A DNA stretch of 63,856 bases, filler included, from Collodictyon triciliatum (GCA_043381765.1; 6 parts of 6 records of this genome joined end to end with filler, not necessarily neighbours in it), one strand, 5' to 3'; positions 1 to 14,013 are shown, counted from the whole stretch's first letter. Notes: a model not told the origin generated them from the sequence alone. Translations and numbers: made by a program.

Positions 1-153
1 AATAATAACAATAATAATAACAATAACAATAACAATAACAATAACAATAACAATAACAATAATAATAACAATAATAATAACAATAATAATAACAATAATA
101 ATAACAATAATAATAACAATAATAATAACAATAATAATAACAATAATAATAAT
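1..153. repeat. (AAT/AAC)n microsatellite, intronic
   Basis: Mixed AATAATAAC repeat directly downstream of a GTATGT donor on the minus strand. Confidence 0.95.
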
Positions 154-214
154 ACATCAATTCCAATAAACATGACACATGCAAGATTGTGTGCCGGTTT
201 TTTAAACTACATAC

Positions 215-3200
215 CATTCAAGTGAACTGCAAGATTTTTCAACGCATCCTCAAGCGGGTAGGTCAGCTTGCGATATTTCTTCAAAACCGGGGCATCAGAA
301 TATAATTTAAGTTGGTCCTCCACCACTGCTCTGGCTTGGTCAGTACTGACGCTTGACTGGAGATTATTTCAACAATTTTATTACTCAAGTCTTCCATATT
401 CATAGCCAAAAAATAAATGAGGTTATGACGACATACACGCATGCTTTCCTCGATGCTGAAAATACCCTTCGAAATCGGGAGAATATGTTTTGTAACAACA
501 TCTAACCCTGAGTCACTATTATGTTCACATTATTTCCATATTGAATATCAAAATGGAGGTAAAGCTTTCATATACAATTACAATAATAAAATTGCACGAA
601 TGAAAGCAAACCATCCCAAAGGTAGAACGGCACACAGTTGCCAAAGTAACGATATATCCGATTCAAACAGAGCTTTAAGGATATGATGAATTTTGCTTTT
701 GTCCTGTCGTGAGAATTCCAACTTCGAAAGCAGCACTTTGGCCGTGTCCAGTTGTTCATGGGATAGGTCTGTATGATTTCAAGTTTGAAAGTCACATGTT
801 AAGATTCAGGTTTCTTGACTTTGAATCAAATAAAGGAAACAAAATTCAAGTTTCTTGTATGTAGTTATGCAATAGCATACATAGGATAATACACAGAGTA
901 ATGTGTGTCTACCAAAATGTAGAGTCAAAGAAGGAGTAAAACAAACCAAGGTATCCACATTCATAGAAACCTTCCATAGTCTCAAATCTTTTCTTCATTT
1001 GCTCTTTAATTCTTTCACGCACAGTGACAGACCTTAGTGTCACAAGATAACGTAACAGCAATAAAAAAAAAGGGTTAAATTTATCCAACCGTAAAATTTA
1101 ATGAGGTATAATTCTTTTGAATCATTGTCTATTTTTTTTTTATACGAGCTTGCTTGGCCACTTCTCTTGTCTAAATCAATCAGCTCCTCAAGTAAAGTAT
1201 CTCTAAGCTTTTGGAATCTACCGGTTGAATCTTCGCTGGCAATACCACTCATCACTCTCTGTGAACAAATTATAAAAATATTTGAAGTTTATTGATCAAA
1301 AAAATTGTTTTAAAAGTTAAATAAAAAACTCCATCAAAGAAATACATGATTTACCAGAAACGATAAATAACGAAAAAAAAAGAATATGAGCTAAAAAAAC
1401 AACTAAATGTTAAGGAATAACCCTCAGCATTGGTGGAGATTCCTTTACAACAAATACATCTCTTTGGTTAGATACGGCTTCTTCCGTAAATCCCGACATC
1501 GATGATATCAGGGAATCGTCCAGTGGAATTGTTTTTCTGGCCTGAGCAGCATCGATTCTTGGAGAAGGTATGAACGAAGACGATAAATGGGAGGCAACAC
1601 TAGAATCATCTCGAGCTGATGATGTTTCAGAGGGTATGTCCGATTCGTATTTATGTCTTGGATTCTTTGTAATACCAATTACGTTTCCCTTAGTCCCTGA
1701 TTTCACTTTCGATTTTTGTTCAGAAAGCACAGAGGCATCACTAGAAACCCCTTCAGATGCATGATCGAATTGCTCAACCCATGCATCTACTGCCACGTGT
1801 GAGTGCTTTTCTGTCCTTGATGTCGGATGGGATATTGGTGAAGCCGTCGATATGTTCAGGGACGAATTTCCAGCACGGTCAGAAAGAATTTGTGTCCTTG
1901 AAGCAGCCGGAGTTGCTGGTGGCGTTTCTGAGGAAGTGCTTGTGGAAGATTCGATACTTTCGTGCTTGGGGTGTTTTTGTCGAGAGGTGCTCGCGCGATT
2001 TACACTAGAGACTGGCGACATTACGACAAACGAAGATTGTTTTTCGGATCTGACGTGGCTCGGTGTTTTGGGTGTTTCTTCAAAATCAAGCTTATTCGCA
2101 TACAATTTTCCTTTCCGCCTTTCGCTTTCAATAACCGATGGCGAAACAGAGCTGAGGGTGGTGGGGAGAACAGGTGTAGCGTGTTCAGCAAAGCTGCTGC
2201 TAACATCATCATAGACAATTCTTGGGGTATGAAATTGAATATCGTCAAAGTATCCATTAAATGAATCATGAAGAGGTAAAGCCACTGCATCAGAACGAGG
2301 AGCAGATTCCTGCATTTTGGGTTGGCTCATACCTAAATGCGATATTGAAACAGACTCTGAATCATGTTGCCCACTTATTCTTTCAAGAGGGAGGACTGGA
2401 ATAAGAGGAATCTTGTTGTTGTTGGGTCCTCCTTGTGGCAGCTTCAGTCGAGGCATTGGCTTCACAAAGACATCACCGCTTTCTTTTATTTGAGTGTCTG
2501 TCTGAGAGCCATGTGAATATGATTTTCCTTCGAACAACTCATGTTTCGATGGAATTTGGTCATGAGCTTGGTCATCTTTACGTAATGTAGGGGCTGCAGC
2601 CATATTGGTAGAGTTAAGCTTTGCTTTTATATTGCTTGGTACAGAAAAATCTTCTTTGTCGGCAGCATTAAAGCCAGAATTATACTCTGATATTTTGGAA
2701 TGAGAAACAGGAGAGACGTCCCTGACATCACTCGTTCGATGTGCAGTTGCCGCAGAAACATTAACACGAGTTTTATATTCAGGAGAGGTACTCGTCGTTG
2801 TTTGCTTAGTAGTAGATGTCCTATTGGCACCGGATGGAAAGTTTGATGATTCAAGTTCTTCCAGGTATTTAATAGATTCAGCACTGGGACGAAAAGCCCC
2901 TTTTACCCAATTAGATGCATCAAATCCTTGCTTATGTTTCGTACTAGATGGTGTGCCATATTGATGAGATGAGAATTTATTTGCTTTCGCAAACAATGGA
3001 TTTCCTCTCTCGCCGGGAGGATATTCATCTAACTGAAAACTTACGCTCAGTTTTTTGTCGTGCGCTTTTTGTAAACCAGTATGGTGGTATCTATCTGATA
3101 AATTTTCTTTTGCTTGATACCGTAAATCATCAACTGAAATTGGGTGAATACTTCCTTTTGATATTTTCAAGCTCGGATCATCTTTTCTGAAAGAAATTGT

Positions 3201-6200
3201 TGAGTCCTTATGGCTAGCGCTATCATATATATTTCGATTGTCTCCATGATATTGCACAAAACTATTTGCTGTCTTTGTATTTGTGTGATTGGTCACTGTT
3301 TCTAAAGTCATCATAGGTGTGCGGTTAGCAAAGCTTGTCTCTGTGTGCTTGCTCACAAAGCTTGTAGTCTGTATGTCTTTCGTTTCGACTTTTGGTCGAT
3401 GCTGTATGGAAGGACTTTGTTGAGTCACGGTCGACATGTTGCCTTTTTGTATTCTTTTCGGTGTTGGATGCTCAACTTCAACAGTGGAAGCTATTGACTC
3501 ACTATCAGCAAAGCTTGTCTCTGTGTGCTTGCTCACAAAGCTTGTAGTCTGTATGTCTTTCGTTTCGACCTTTGGTCGATGCTGTATGGAAGGACTTTGT
3601 TGAGTCACGTTCGACATGTTGCCTTTTTGTGTCCTTTTCGGTGTTGGATGTTCTTCAACAGTGGAGGCTATTGACTCACTATCAGCAAAGCTTGTCTCTG
3701 TGTGCTTGCTCACAAAGCTTGTAGTCTGGATGTCTTTCGTTTCGACTTTTGGTCGATGCTGTATGGAAGGACTTTGTTGAGTCACGTTCGACATGTTGCC
3801 TTTTTGTGTCCTTTTCGGCGTTGGATGTTCTTCAACAGTGGAGGCTATTGACTCAGTATTCTCAAAGCTTGTCTCTGTGTGCTTGCTCATAAAGCTTGTA
3901 GTCTGTATGTCTTTCGTTTCGACCTTTGGTCGATGCTGTATGGAAGGACTTTGTTGAGTCATGTTCGACATGTTGCCTTTTTGTGTCCTTTTCGGTGTTG
4001 GATGTTCTTCAACAGTGGAGGCTATTGACTCAGTATTCTCAAAGCTTGTCTCTGTGTGCTTGCTCACAAAGCTTGTAGTCTGGATGTCTTTCGTTTCGAC
4101 CTTTGGTCGATGCTGTATGGAAGGACTTTGTTGAGTCACGTTCGACACGTTGCCTTTTTGTGTCCTTTTCGGCGTTGGATGTTCAACTTCAACAGTGGAA
4201 GCTATTGACTCACTATCAGCAAAGCTTGTCTCTGTGTGCTTACTTCTAAAGCTTGTAGTTTGTATGTCTTTCGTTTCGATCTTTGGTCGATGCTGTATGG
4301 AAGGACTTTGTTGAGTTACGATCGATATGTTGCCTTTTTGTGTCCTTTTCAGCGTTGGATGTTCAACTTCAACAGTGGAGGCTATTGACTCACTATCAGC
4401 AAAGCTTGTCTCTGTGTGCTTGCTCACAAAGCTTGTAGTTTGTATGTCTTTCGTTTCGACTTTTGGTCGATGCTGTATGGAAGGACTTTGTTGAGTCACG
4501 GTCGACACGTTGCCTTTTTGTGTCCTTTTCGGCGTTGGATGTTCAACTTCAACAGTGGAGGCTATTGACTCACTATCAGCAAAGCTTGTCTCTGTGTGCT
4601 TGCTTCTAAAGCTTGTAGTCTGGATGTCTTTCGTTTCGACCTTTGGTCGATGCTGTATGGAAGGACTTTGTTGAGTTACGGTCGACATGTTGCCTTTTTG
4701 TGTTCTTTTGAGTGTTGGATGCTCAACTTCAACAGTGGAAGTTGCTGATTTACCATCAGCAAAGCTTGTCTCTGTGTGCTTGCTCACAAAGCTTGTAGTC
4801 TGGATGTCTTTCGTTTCGATCTTTGGTCGATGCTGTATGGAAGGACTTTGTTGAGTTACGATCGACACGTTGCCTTTTTGTGTCCTTTTCGGCGTTGGAT
4901 GTTCAACTCCAACAGTGGAGGCTATTGACTCAGTATTCTCAAAGCTGGTTTCTGTGCGCTTATTTTTAAATCCTGTAGTTTGCATCTCAGTATCACAGGT
5001 ATCAACTTTTCCTCTTACAATTATTGTTGAGTGAGAGAACTTCCCGTTCCCTATAGCGCTCTTCATAGATTTGCGAGATTCCTCAAGGGATAGATGGGAT
5101 GGTCGGATTTCAGATATATCATCAAAATCCCTTTCTGAGTTTTGTTGGTAATTGTACTCAGCAGGTGATGCAATTATATATTGATTGGATACTATCCCCA
5201 GCTTAGATTTTGAGTTTCCTTCTAGTGATGGTGTTTCCTTCAGCTCTGAATCCGAAGTGTTCGGCGTCCAGACTTTTTTTGGCACCACAGAAGGTCTTGG
5301 CAGTATCGTGTTCTCATTTCTTATATTATGATCGGTTTCTGATTTGTTCGAATTTCTTTTACTGATATCAGCTCTAAGAGAATGTCCACCACTTCTTTTG
5401 ACTAAAATGGAGATGTCATCGCCATCAGTAGAATGGACATAGTGTGGAAAATTGGACTCTATTTCATTCTGTCGAGGTAAGTGAAACCTGTTGTCTGAGG
5501 CCTCTAATTCTTGTTTCTCTTTTAAATTATCGCTTCTGGATACGGCAATAGCACTGCTACCTGAAAACTGTATCAACTCACCCGGTTTGGTCTCTTTTAG
5601 AGGGTATTCGATTGAACTAGTACGAGACACATTAGGCATGCTGTCTTTAGTGATTCCCTCTTGTGCTGGTGATTTCAGACGAGATTGAGACTTCACTTTT
5701 ACGTTTCCCTTCGACATGGGCTTGTATTCTTGTCCATGGTTTTCAAAATGTGATCGACCTTGAGGTTTCATTCCCTCAGCCTTAGCAGATTCAATTAGTG
5801 TAGATTTTGGAGTCTTAAATTGTTCTGTACTTTGAGTAATTTCACTTGATTCCGATGCTTGGTCGACCATCAAGCTGGAGCCTATTCCATGTGAGGTTGG
5901 ATCATGAGAGTATGTCACGGAGGTTTGAAGTCCTTTATCTGAGACATCAGCCATTGATGAACACGAATTCGATAAACCATGACCCGAAGCTAGGTTATTT
6001 CTGACCTTTTCGGTACTTTTCGACTCACTTAAGCGTTTTTTCTCTAGATCAGGCGTATTTGTTGTTATTTTGCCTTCTTGCGCTGATTTGGCATTCTGTT
6101 GGGATTTGAATTGAGATTGGGATTTGATAGGAGCATTAGTTGACGGCGATGAATGCATTCGAGCATCTGACTTTTTTGTCAAATAATCTGTGTGAATAGA

Positions 6201-7363
6201 AGTCTTCATTCCTTCGGTTGTTGATGTAACAGGATGCTGTGACAAAGCTTGGGTGCTGAGTGTTTTTTGATATCCTTGGATATGTGACTCTTTATGTTTT
6301 CGAAGTTTTGATGGTGTTCCAGGCATAGATTTGTAACTATCTGAACTCTGTTTAAAAATAATAATGTTACAGAGAGCATGAAAATCACTTAATATTGCTA
6401 GTCAATAAGTTTACATTTAATATAAATCTTGAAATTATCAATATGGTACACTTTTCTTGAGTAAACTCTACCGATTTCTTTTTATTTGATGGAGATGAGA
6501 ACAACTGGGTTGACGTCGGTTTTGAGGTATCTACTTTTTTCTTCTGATGTGTTTTATCGTCATCTTGGTCTGAATACTCATCTTTAGTCTTTCGGCCTAT
6601 TGATTCAGACTCGGATTCGTTCAGATGATAAATGTGATTAAATTCCCATGTTAGACTCCGAGCAGGCGATGAAGGTCGCTCTCTATTATGGCTAATTTTT
6701 TTGGTTGGCTTATCGGGTCTGACCTTATTTGTATAATTTGGCGTCATTGTCTGTCATAAAAGAGGGATCAGGTTGCATGCAAATAATTACTGCCAATGTA
6801 AGAGTATTGCTAAATGATCGAAAGGGAAAAAAGAGGGCATCCTTCTGAGCAAGCACAAACCAAGTCAAAATGAGATGGAGAGACATCAACTGGGGTGGAT
6901 ACATCCAAACTGGATTGATATTAAGGAAACATTATCAAAATGATGAAGAGTATCAATGGGTGATAGTTTCGAAGTAAAAAGAAAAGGAAGAAGAAAAGAT
7001 AAAAGAAAACGAACATGGGGGAAGCAGATGGCGGTCTCATAATTGGTATGGGCGTTGACGAGTAAATATAGGAATTCATATTGGAGCGAATTTCATTGGC
7101 AGTTCTCGATAGCAGATCAAGTCCAGGATACATCGATAATGAGCTGGACGTTATTACATATGCGAGATTTAGTTCATATTTATGGATAAAAATTCATTTA
7201 GATTTTTCAAGCCAATAAAATGCAATAGTGTGGCTAAGTACGTTTTGTGTTGCGTAGAGTGATTTGGTATGTCGTGGGTATGGTTTATTGAAGAACGGTC
7301 TCCGTCAGTTGCATTTACATTCCTTGATTCATACTTTTCAGGGCAAAATACCATATGGAGCAT
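215..7363 (-). CDS. Very large Ser/Thr/His-rich, probably disordered protein with an internal ~60-aa tandem repeat and a helical C-terminal region; multi-exon, 3' end runs off the contig
   Basis: The 1638-aa ORF (1410-6326) is one giant exon. GT-AG splicing joins it to upstream exons (ATG 7363; 7143-7016; ~6910-6862; ~6750-6472) and to downstream exons (RVMSGIASEDSTGRFQKLRDTLLEELIDLDK; SVTVRERIKEQMKKRFETME; DLSHEQLDTAKVLLSKLEF; ...KPEQWWRTNLNYILMPRFLKKY). No family recognised. Confidence 0.8.
3331..4985 (-). repeat. Coding tandem repeat: about 9 copies of a 180/177-bp unit (60/59 aa)
   Basis: QQSPSIQHRPK occurs nine times in the ORF. Unit spacing is 180 bp, except three adjacent 177-bp units (STVEEHPT instead of STVEVEHPT). 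Confidence 0.97.
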
Positions 7364-7739
7364 CGCAGAGTGTCAGTACGTGTAATTATTATCAATACCT
7401 TATTTCTTGTGTGGAAATTTACTGAGGGTTTCTTACTAATTTTGCACGAATGTACTCAACTATGGTGCGCACTCGGTCATTCTCATCAGGAACATCTTCA
7501 AAAATATGTTGATAATTTTTTTGATTTTATTTTCTGAGATTTCCGATGTAATCTTTTACCAAAATACAATATTACTCAATAACAATTTCGAACCCTTTTC
7601 CCCGAGAACTATGTCAATAAGCTTGCTACGGAGACCGGATGAAACTTAAGAGTCACCAGGATGCATTTTAATAAGTTGTTTGACATAGTCTACATAAAGA
7701 TAGCGGATTCGAATAAATTAAATCATACTATCAGGGCGG

Positions 7740-9423
7740 ATGATGGACATAACATCTGAATTTGGTATAATGCAGTCAGATTCAGCATCCCCAGGAAATG
7801 GCAAGATGCCCAGCATCGCGCCTATTACTTGGACACACGCCAAACGAACGAGCCATGATGTATCCATTCGAAGTATTCTGATGATCTGGATTATATCAAT
7901 ATTAGTTACGTCAAAACGCGGTCACCATATGCCACTTTCAAAACCAAAGTCAAACATAAGCATACTGGAGTGCTATGCGTATGTGTTAATTGTTCATCAG
8001 ATATGGATGTCTACCTGGATAGCACTGGAGACAACATAGCTAGCAGGACAGACCCTGACCACCCCACAAATGCAATACAAAGTCGCTTGCTTCATGACCC
8101 ACTTATTTTATAAATGTGCAAGATTGCCAATCAGCAATTTATTTTTGTGTTTCTGATAACTCGCATGAATACAAAAAGAATGAGCCAATTTTTTTAATCT
8201 GATTGTATCGGATCCTCAAACTTGGTTGACGGGGTCTGTAGCGATGATCATTGTTTCGAGAGCTTCAAAAAATGCTGCAAAAATCTCTTTCTCAACATCC
8301 CTTAAATGATTTTTTTTTAAAAAAAAATGTATTGTTTTATGAGGATTTATTCTATTCTGAAAATTGTTATTCTTCAAATCGTATTTACAACTCGAATACT
8401 TTAGATTTATTGGAATTAGAAAATTCAATAAAAACCTCAAGCGAACTCTGTGCTCATCTGGATTCAGCAATTGAGGAAAAGTCTGACGAATATAGAATTC
8501 AAATAAGTGAAAAGTCCAGTATCCCAACATTTCACGTTCTCTCCACGCGCCCTATAAACCACGCAGCAGATTACGTATGAATAAGGCTTCAACTCGAGAA
8601 TTTAGAAAAGTAAACATGATTATTGTTTATGTCTCAAACCTGCACTTTAGGACCAAAACTAAAATTATATTGGTGATTAGATAAACTCAGGTCATTTTAT
8701 ATACATGTTAATAGTATGGGGCTGATTTGCCACATCTTGGTCATGAACCACTCATTTGCAAAATGGAAGTTCCTGTTACCTTCTTCCATTTGATATGTCA
8801 CATAAAAAATCCAAAATATGATGAAATCCTTGCCAACGTTGAAGAATATTTCCAAATCTACATTATGTGTATAATCGTCAGTACACGAAAAAGGCGCCTA
8901 CTTTAGAGATTCAAGGAATTTCTACACAGTAAGGGGATACCAACACCATTTAATGACATATGAATAATGAATAATCACTTCGGAAAGCTTCTTGGAATCG
9001 GAAAATAAATATTTCTCTCCACAAGAGCAGCTATGGAGAGGTGTCGAAGAGTGTGGGTCGGGTGGGATGCCACAGAAAGAAGTAAGCCGTCCACGTCCTT
9101 TTTTTTTTTTTGTAATAAATAATCAGTGCAATATTGAAGAGAATTTGGGCAACGTAGTAATTTCTTTCTTTTTTTTTGAAATATAAAATTTAACGTAAAT
9201 CATATACTGTGAGATGTATAACTCGATTTCATTAGGTATTTGAAGAAAAATTGATATATTTTAAGAAAAGAACTATTTGAAATTGATCCATATTGACGAA
9301 GACCGCAACCAAATACATGGTACTTTTATTATGAGTGGACTCACCGATGATGGGCTTTTCGGTATACTTGAAAGAGTGGTGACAGCCATCGCACATATCT
9401 CGACCTTTGCATTTGAGCCATGA
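7740..9423 (+). CDS. Putative multi-exon hypothetical protein, head-to-head with the repeat-protein gene
   Basis: Coding-like segments flanked by GT/AG: MMDITSEFGIMQSDSASPG...; ...LELENSIKTSSELCAHLDSAIEEKSDEY...; terminal ...LIHIDEDRNQIHGTFIMSGLTDDGLFGILERVVTAIAHISTFAFEP*. Exon chain not fully resolved. Confidence 0.4.
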
Positions 9424-9523
9424 GATTCAGTCGGGATGTTTCGAGCTTTATCACATAACCACTTTATAATTGCATTCTTTTCTTGCATCAGGTAGTTGTC
9501 TGAAAATCACAGAAGAATGCGAA

Positions 9524-11801
9524 TTAGCTGAAAACATGATGAGTATGATATTCCGCCTTGGCTGTCTGCTCAATTTTAAATCTTGAAAAACGTGATGTCA
9601 CCCCACCTGTGTTTCTTGAATCACACAGCAGATACATCTTTGATAGTACTTTGCTGCAGTAGGGCTTTTTTTTTTTAAAAAAAAAAAGGAAAGAAAAGAA
9701 AAATGGTAAGATTGAAGATATTTGGATATCACTACGCCATGTTATGTGGAAGCACAACAAAATTTTAATTCAGCATACATGGTGAAGCCTAGAATTGGAT
9801 GCAAAAACTTCCAGGAGAGGGAGCGTGAGTGGTCGAACCAAATTTATGTGGTGTCCAAGAAAGACTGTATAGGAATCAGACATCCATCGAATAATCCTAT
9901 TCCATCTTTTCTCTGTGGATTTTTCAAACTCGATACCCTTAAATTATTTGTTTCCTTATTAGACTCACATTACTCTTGATTACTTAAAAAAATCCAAAAT
10001 GGATATATTCCTCTTTTTTTTTTTTAACTGTTCTATCGAGCGCATGGTCATCAACAATAAAAGACTGCAGGAGCTTATTCGAGGATGATAAGAAGCTTAA
10101 TAGACATTTCTGCAAATCATGGGAGTTGGACTCGGTAGGCTAAAATAAAATAGTTAAAATTTCAAAAAGAAAAAAAATGAGATTGAGATAAAAGAATAGC
10201 TCTATTTATTCTGGTATAAATGAAAATGATATTTTAATCCCTCTGAACCTTGCATTCGTTGACCTCTGCACTTAAATAGGTAAGCGAATCAGATACAATT
10301 TGCACAGGGCATTGACCGATTGTTGAAACAACCGGACAAAGAACACTGCACATCAATATAGATTGGTTATAAAAAAGCGTTCTAAGAAAAATGTCTAAAA
10401 TTGATTTCTCATTTAATAATAGAGGGATATATCAACGGATGTTGTTTAATTCGATTACCATTCCGTAAATTCCATGAAGTTTGAAAATTGTGGGTTGGCA
10501 TGATGTTGAATGAACAAGAAAAGAGGACAAGTGGCTGAATACGCCAAAGGCAATAAATCACACATGAAGAGAACATGTTTCTTCCTTGTTGCCGTCGATG
10601 CAAAAGTATCATTTGTTTGGTCCGATAGGTGAGACACGCTGACAGGATTTACTGATATTGAATCTCTCAGACGATTTAAGAACCGTAGAAGTAATGCACT
10701 AATAAAATTAGGCCAAACATAGAGAGTGCAAATCAAAGAGTCAGTATAGAGTATATGTATCTTCAAAGAAAATACTCACAGAGGAGGGTCGTTCGTGATG
10801 TACATATGTAAAGAAATATTAACGAGCTCGCATGATCAATTAACTCGGCGTAGACAAAATGGAAAATGGTAAAAATAATAGGACATTAAATGGAAGTATT
10901 GCTACTCACCGCGATGTAATTCTTCTTTGAATCGGTGTGATTTGCAGGAAAAATGCCACCACAGACGAAACAGCCCTTGTGGCAGTAAAGTTTACAAGCA
11001 CATCCCTTTTGAAAACGAAATTTTTTAATCACCGAGGCAAAATCTTTCGTGACTTTGATGGTTGAATCGATAACCAGTCAGCATACTCCACAATTGACTG
11101 TGCAATAAAAAAGTCATCAATTACCTGCTTTTCGAAAGGGCACTAAACTCCTCTATTCTCTTATATCTCATAGTAACATCTGCATCTGAGTCTGTCTGTT
11201 TTTCCATTACCTGGACCGAAATAATTAAACAAATTAAGCGAGAATTGTGTTGGTAAGCAACATAACAAGATACTCTGCAACCATAACCTCCTACGTAAAA
11301 AGAAATAAGTGCAACACTCAGACAAATTTTATAAAAGCTTTCAAACAGTGTTTTTCATATGATTATCAAACTTCTCTTTTTGCAGCAAATCCAAAGCCAA
11401 GTGATAAGCTCGATAGGAGTGCTGTAATTATATCGTGTCCAGCGGTAAATTTGGCACCCAGAAGAACTGCAACCTCATTACTAAGAGATTTGACTCTTTG
11501 AGCATATTGTTATTATACTTTTATGTTATTTTACATTTGTACAAAGGAAGGTAGCTAAAAACACATATATGTATATCCACTCATAAATGTGAGGATGGAT
11601 GACTTGAGTACTCACACATGACAACAATCTAGAAGGAAGCATATGGACATGAGAATCATGAGTCTGTTAGTCCAAGCATCTTGTTTCTCCGAGAATATTT
11701 CGCGCACAGGGCTGCTCAGTAAAAGGTCAAATAGAACGTTCAGGTCGTGCGATAGACGACTCCCGCGGATTAAATGTGTTGGGTCTGTAAATTTTATTAT
11801 C
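9524..11801 (-). CDS. 3' portion of a multi-exon hypothetical protein (5' end lost at the contig end)
   Basis: Series of AG-exon-GT blocks: IIKFTDPTHLIRGSRLSHDLNVLFDLLLS...; SQISSNEVAVLLGAKFTAGHDIITALLSSL...; RFLNRLRDSISVNPVSV...; PTESNSHDLQKCLLSFLSSSNKLLQSF. No family recognised. Confidence 0.5.
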
Positions 11802-11875
11802 TGGTGATGGAGGAGGAAAATGAAAGTCAATATCAATAAATAAACTTCGGCGTTATGGAAAGGTAAACTCAAAAA

Positions 11876-11962
<87 letters not shown>

Positions 11963-12062
11963 NNNNNNNNNNNNNNNNNNNNNNNNNNNNNNNNNNNNNN
12001 NNNNNNTTAATTAATTAANNNNNNNNNNNNNNNNNNNNNNNNNNNNNNNNNNNNNNNNNNNN
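11963..12062. other. Artificial contig-joining spacer (44 N + TTAATTAATTAA + 44 N)
   Basis: 100-nt spacer with a six-frame stop linker at 12007-12018; genes are truncated on both sides. Confidence 0.97.
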
Positions 12063-12373
12063 TATTATTATTGTTGTTGTTGTTGTTGTTACTATTGTTA
12101 CTATTGTTACTATTGTTACTATTGTTACTATTGTTACTATTGTTACTATTGTTACTATTGTTACTATTGTTACTATTGTTACTATTGTTACTATTGTTAC
12201 TATTGTTGTTGTTATTGTTGTTGTTAATGTTATTGTTGTTGTTAATGTTATTGTTGTTGTTAATGTTATTGTTGTTGTTAATGTTATTGTTATTATAAAA
12301 AAAAATAAGGAAATTAAATTTATGTCTAGTTATATTTTTCATCTCAGTTTTTTTTTAAAGAAAATTAATTACT

Positions 12374-12753
12374 TGTTGAGGGGATTCGAAGCGAACAAAT
12401 CCAAAGCAAAGGCTATCACCAGTGGCTTGGTCGACCATAACTTTCGATGATTCAACTGTTCCATATCTTGAAAAAATTCTACCAAGCGTGTCATCTTCAA
12501 CGTAGGAAGGAAGAAACTTTACAAACACATTACATGGATCCGATGGGCTATGGATTTTCCATCGATGTTTCAATTTATCGGCGTTCGATATTGACACCTC
12601 GGCAGTCGATGAGCGAGGGTGCACTTCCGTTTGAGATGGATCGGATGTTGACAAGGACTCGAATGTTTTAGCAAGATTGGATGTGGTATCATTTGATTCT
12701 ACTATGAGCTCCGATCCTGATTCATTTTCGAAGCGCGCATACAGTTCATCCAT
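12374..12753 (-). CDS. RRM RNA-binding protein, first coding exon (rest lost at the contig end)
   Basis: RNP2 NVFVKFLP and RNP1 CFGFVRF, in ...YVEDDTLGRIFSRYGTVESSKVMVDQATGDSLCFGFVRFESPQQ, followed by a GTAATT donor and a microsatellite intron running into the spacer. Confidence 0.88.
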
Positions 12754-14013
12754 ATCTCTTAGTGATGAAATTGTAATGATTAAAAAAGTTTTTTATTAGC
12801 TAAATATTGGGTAAGTACAGCTTTATTCGATACATTTAATGAAAACGGGTGGGATGAAAATAATTTGCGATCTTTATTCACAGATTTCTATGAAGATAGT
12901 ATACTTGTATGCTATAGCCTATTCTTTCTTTTTATTCAATTCAAATTCAAGGTTGAGCTTCAACTTTGAATTCAAAGCAAGCTATAAATGCTCATTCACA
13001 AGCCCTGTCAGAATTGCTGAAATTAATTGTTCTATTCGTCAATGCCATGTTTTTGTTTATGCTGTTTATGCTGTTTATGCTGTTTATGCTGTTTATGCTG
13101 TATTGTTGTATTNTTGTATTGTTGTANNNNNNNNNNNNNNNNNNNNNNNNNNNNNNNNNNNNNNTATTGTTGTATTGTTATATTGTTGTTCATGTTGTTC
13201 ATATTGCCAGTCTTTGTGTTGTTTCATACTTTTGCGATTATAAGCCGGGAATTGGTTGAAATACTCCAGCAAGAGAGTCGACGGAGTTGCGCTAGAGCCA
13301 GCTCCGCGCCGCTCTTCAGGCTCCCCAGGCAGCACGTCTCAAACCAACCAACGTGGAAAAACATCAAAGAAAGTTACTCTGGCAAAACAACGTTGCGCAT
13401 AACGCCGAGCGGTTGACAACCAGAAAAGTGCCACGCTCGGCACAATCGCCTTATTGGATGCACTCAAAATAATCAAATCTATATCCTTATTTAGTTATTA
13501 GATTGTTCTATTACCATTCAAAGCTCAGAAACGAAATCGATGTACCTCACCAAATCACCTCATTCATACTATTGCCTATTTTCATTTTCCTCAAATGTCC
13601 ATCATAATTTCCAGATTTGTTTTATCAATTCAGGGGCGGAAGCACCCATTACCAATGCGACCATTTGCGTTTTCCGAGATACCACACGATAAACCGCATC
13701 GCACCCACGCAGGCAACGGCGACGAAGACACGCAGATGAATGGACGAAAGCCGTAGCTTACAAGCGATTGTAAAGAAGTGCGAGGGTGGCCTGATGGTAT
13801 ATTTATCTCTCATTCCTATAAAAAAACGATGCGCAGGTTCTTCGCAAGGAAAAGATGGGAAGATTTTCTCCTTTCTTTTTTCTGTTTTTCTGTTTTTCTG
13901 TTTTTCTGTTTTTCTGTTTTTCTGTTTTTCTGTTTTTCTGTTTTTCTGTTTTTCTGTTTTTCTGTTTTTCTGTTTTTCTGTTTTTAAGGGTGGGCTGACA
14001 CAGCGCTCGGCTC

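Noticed and set aside
12007-12018. TTAATTAATTAA palindrome recurring every ~12 kb as a possible biological element (nanochromosome end, excision site)
   Set aside because: Always embedded in exactly 44+44 Ns; it is a synthetic six-frame stop linker.
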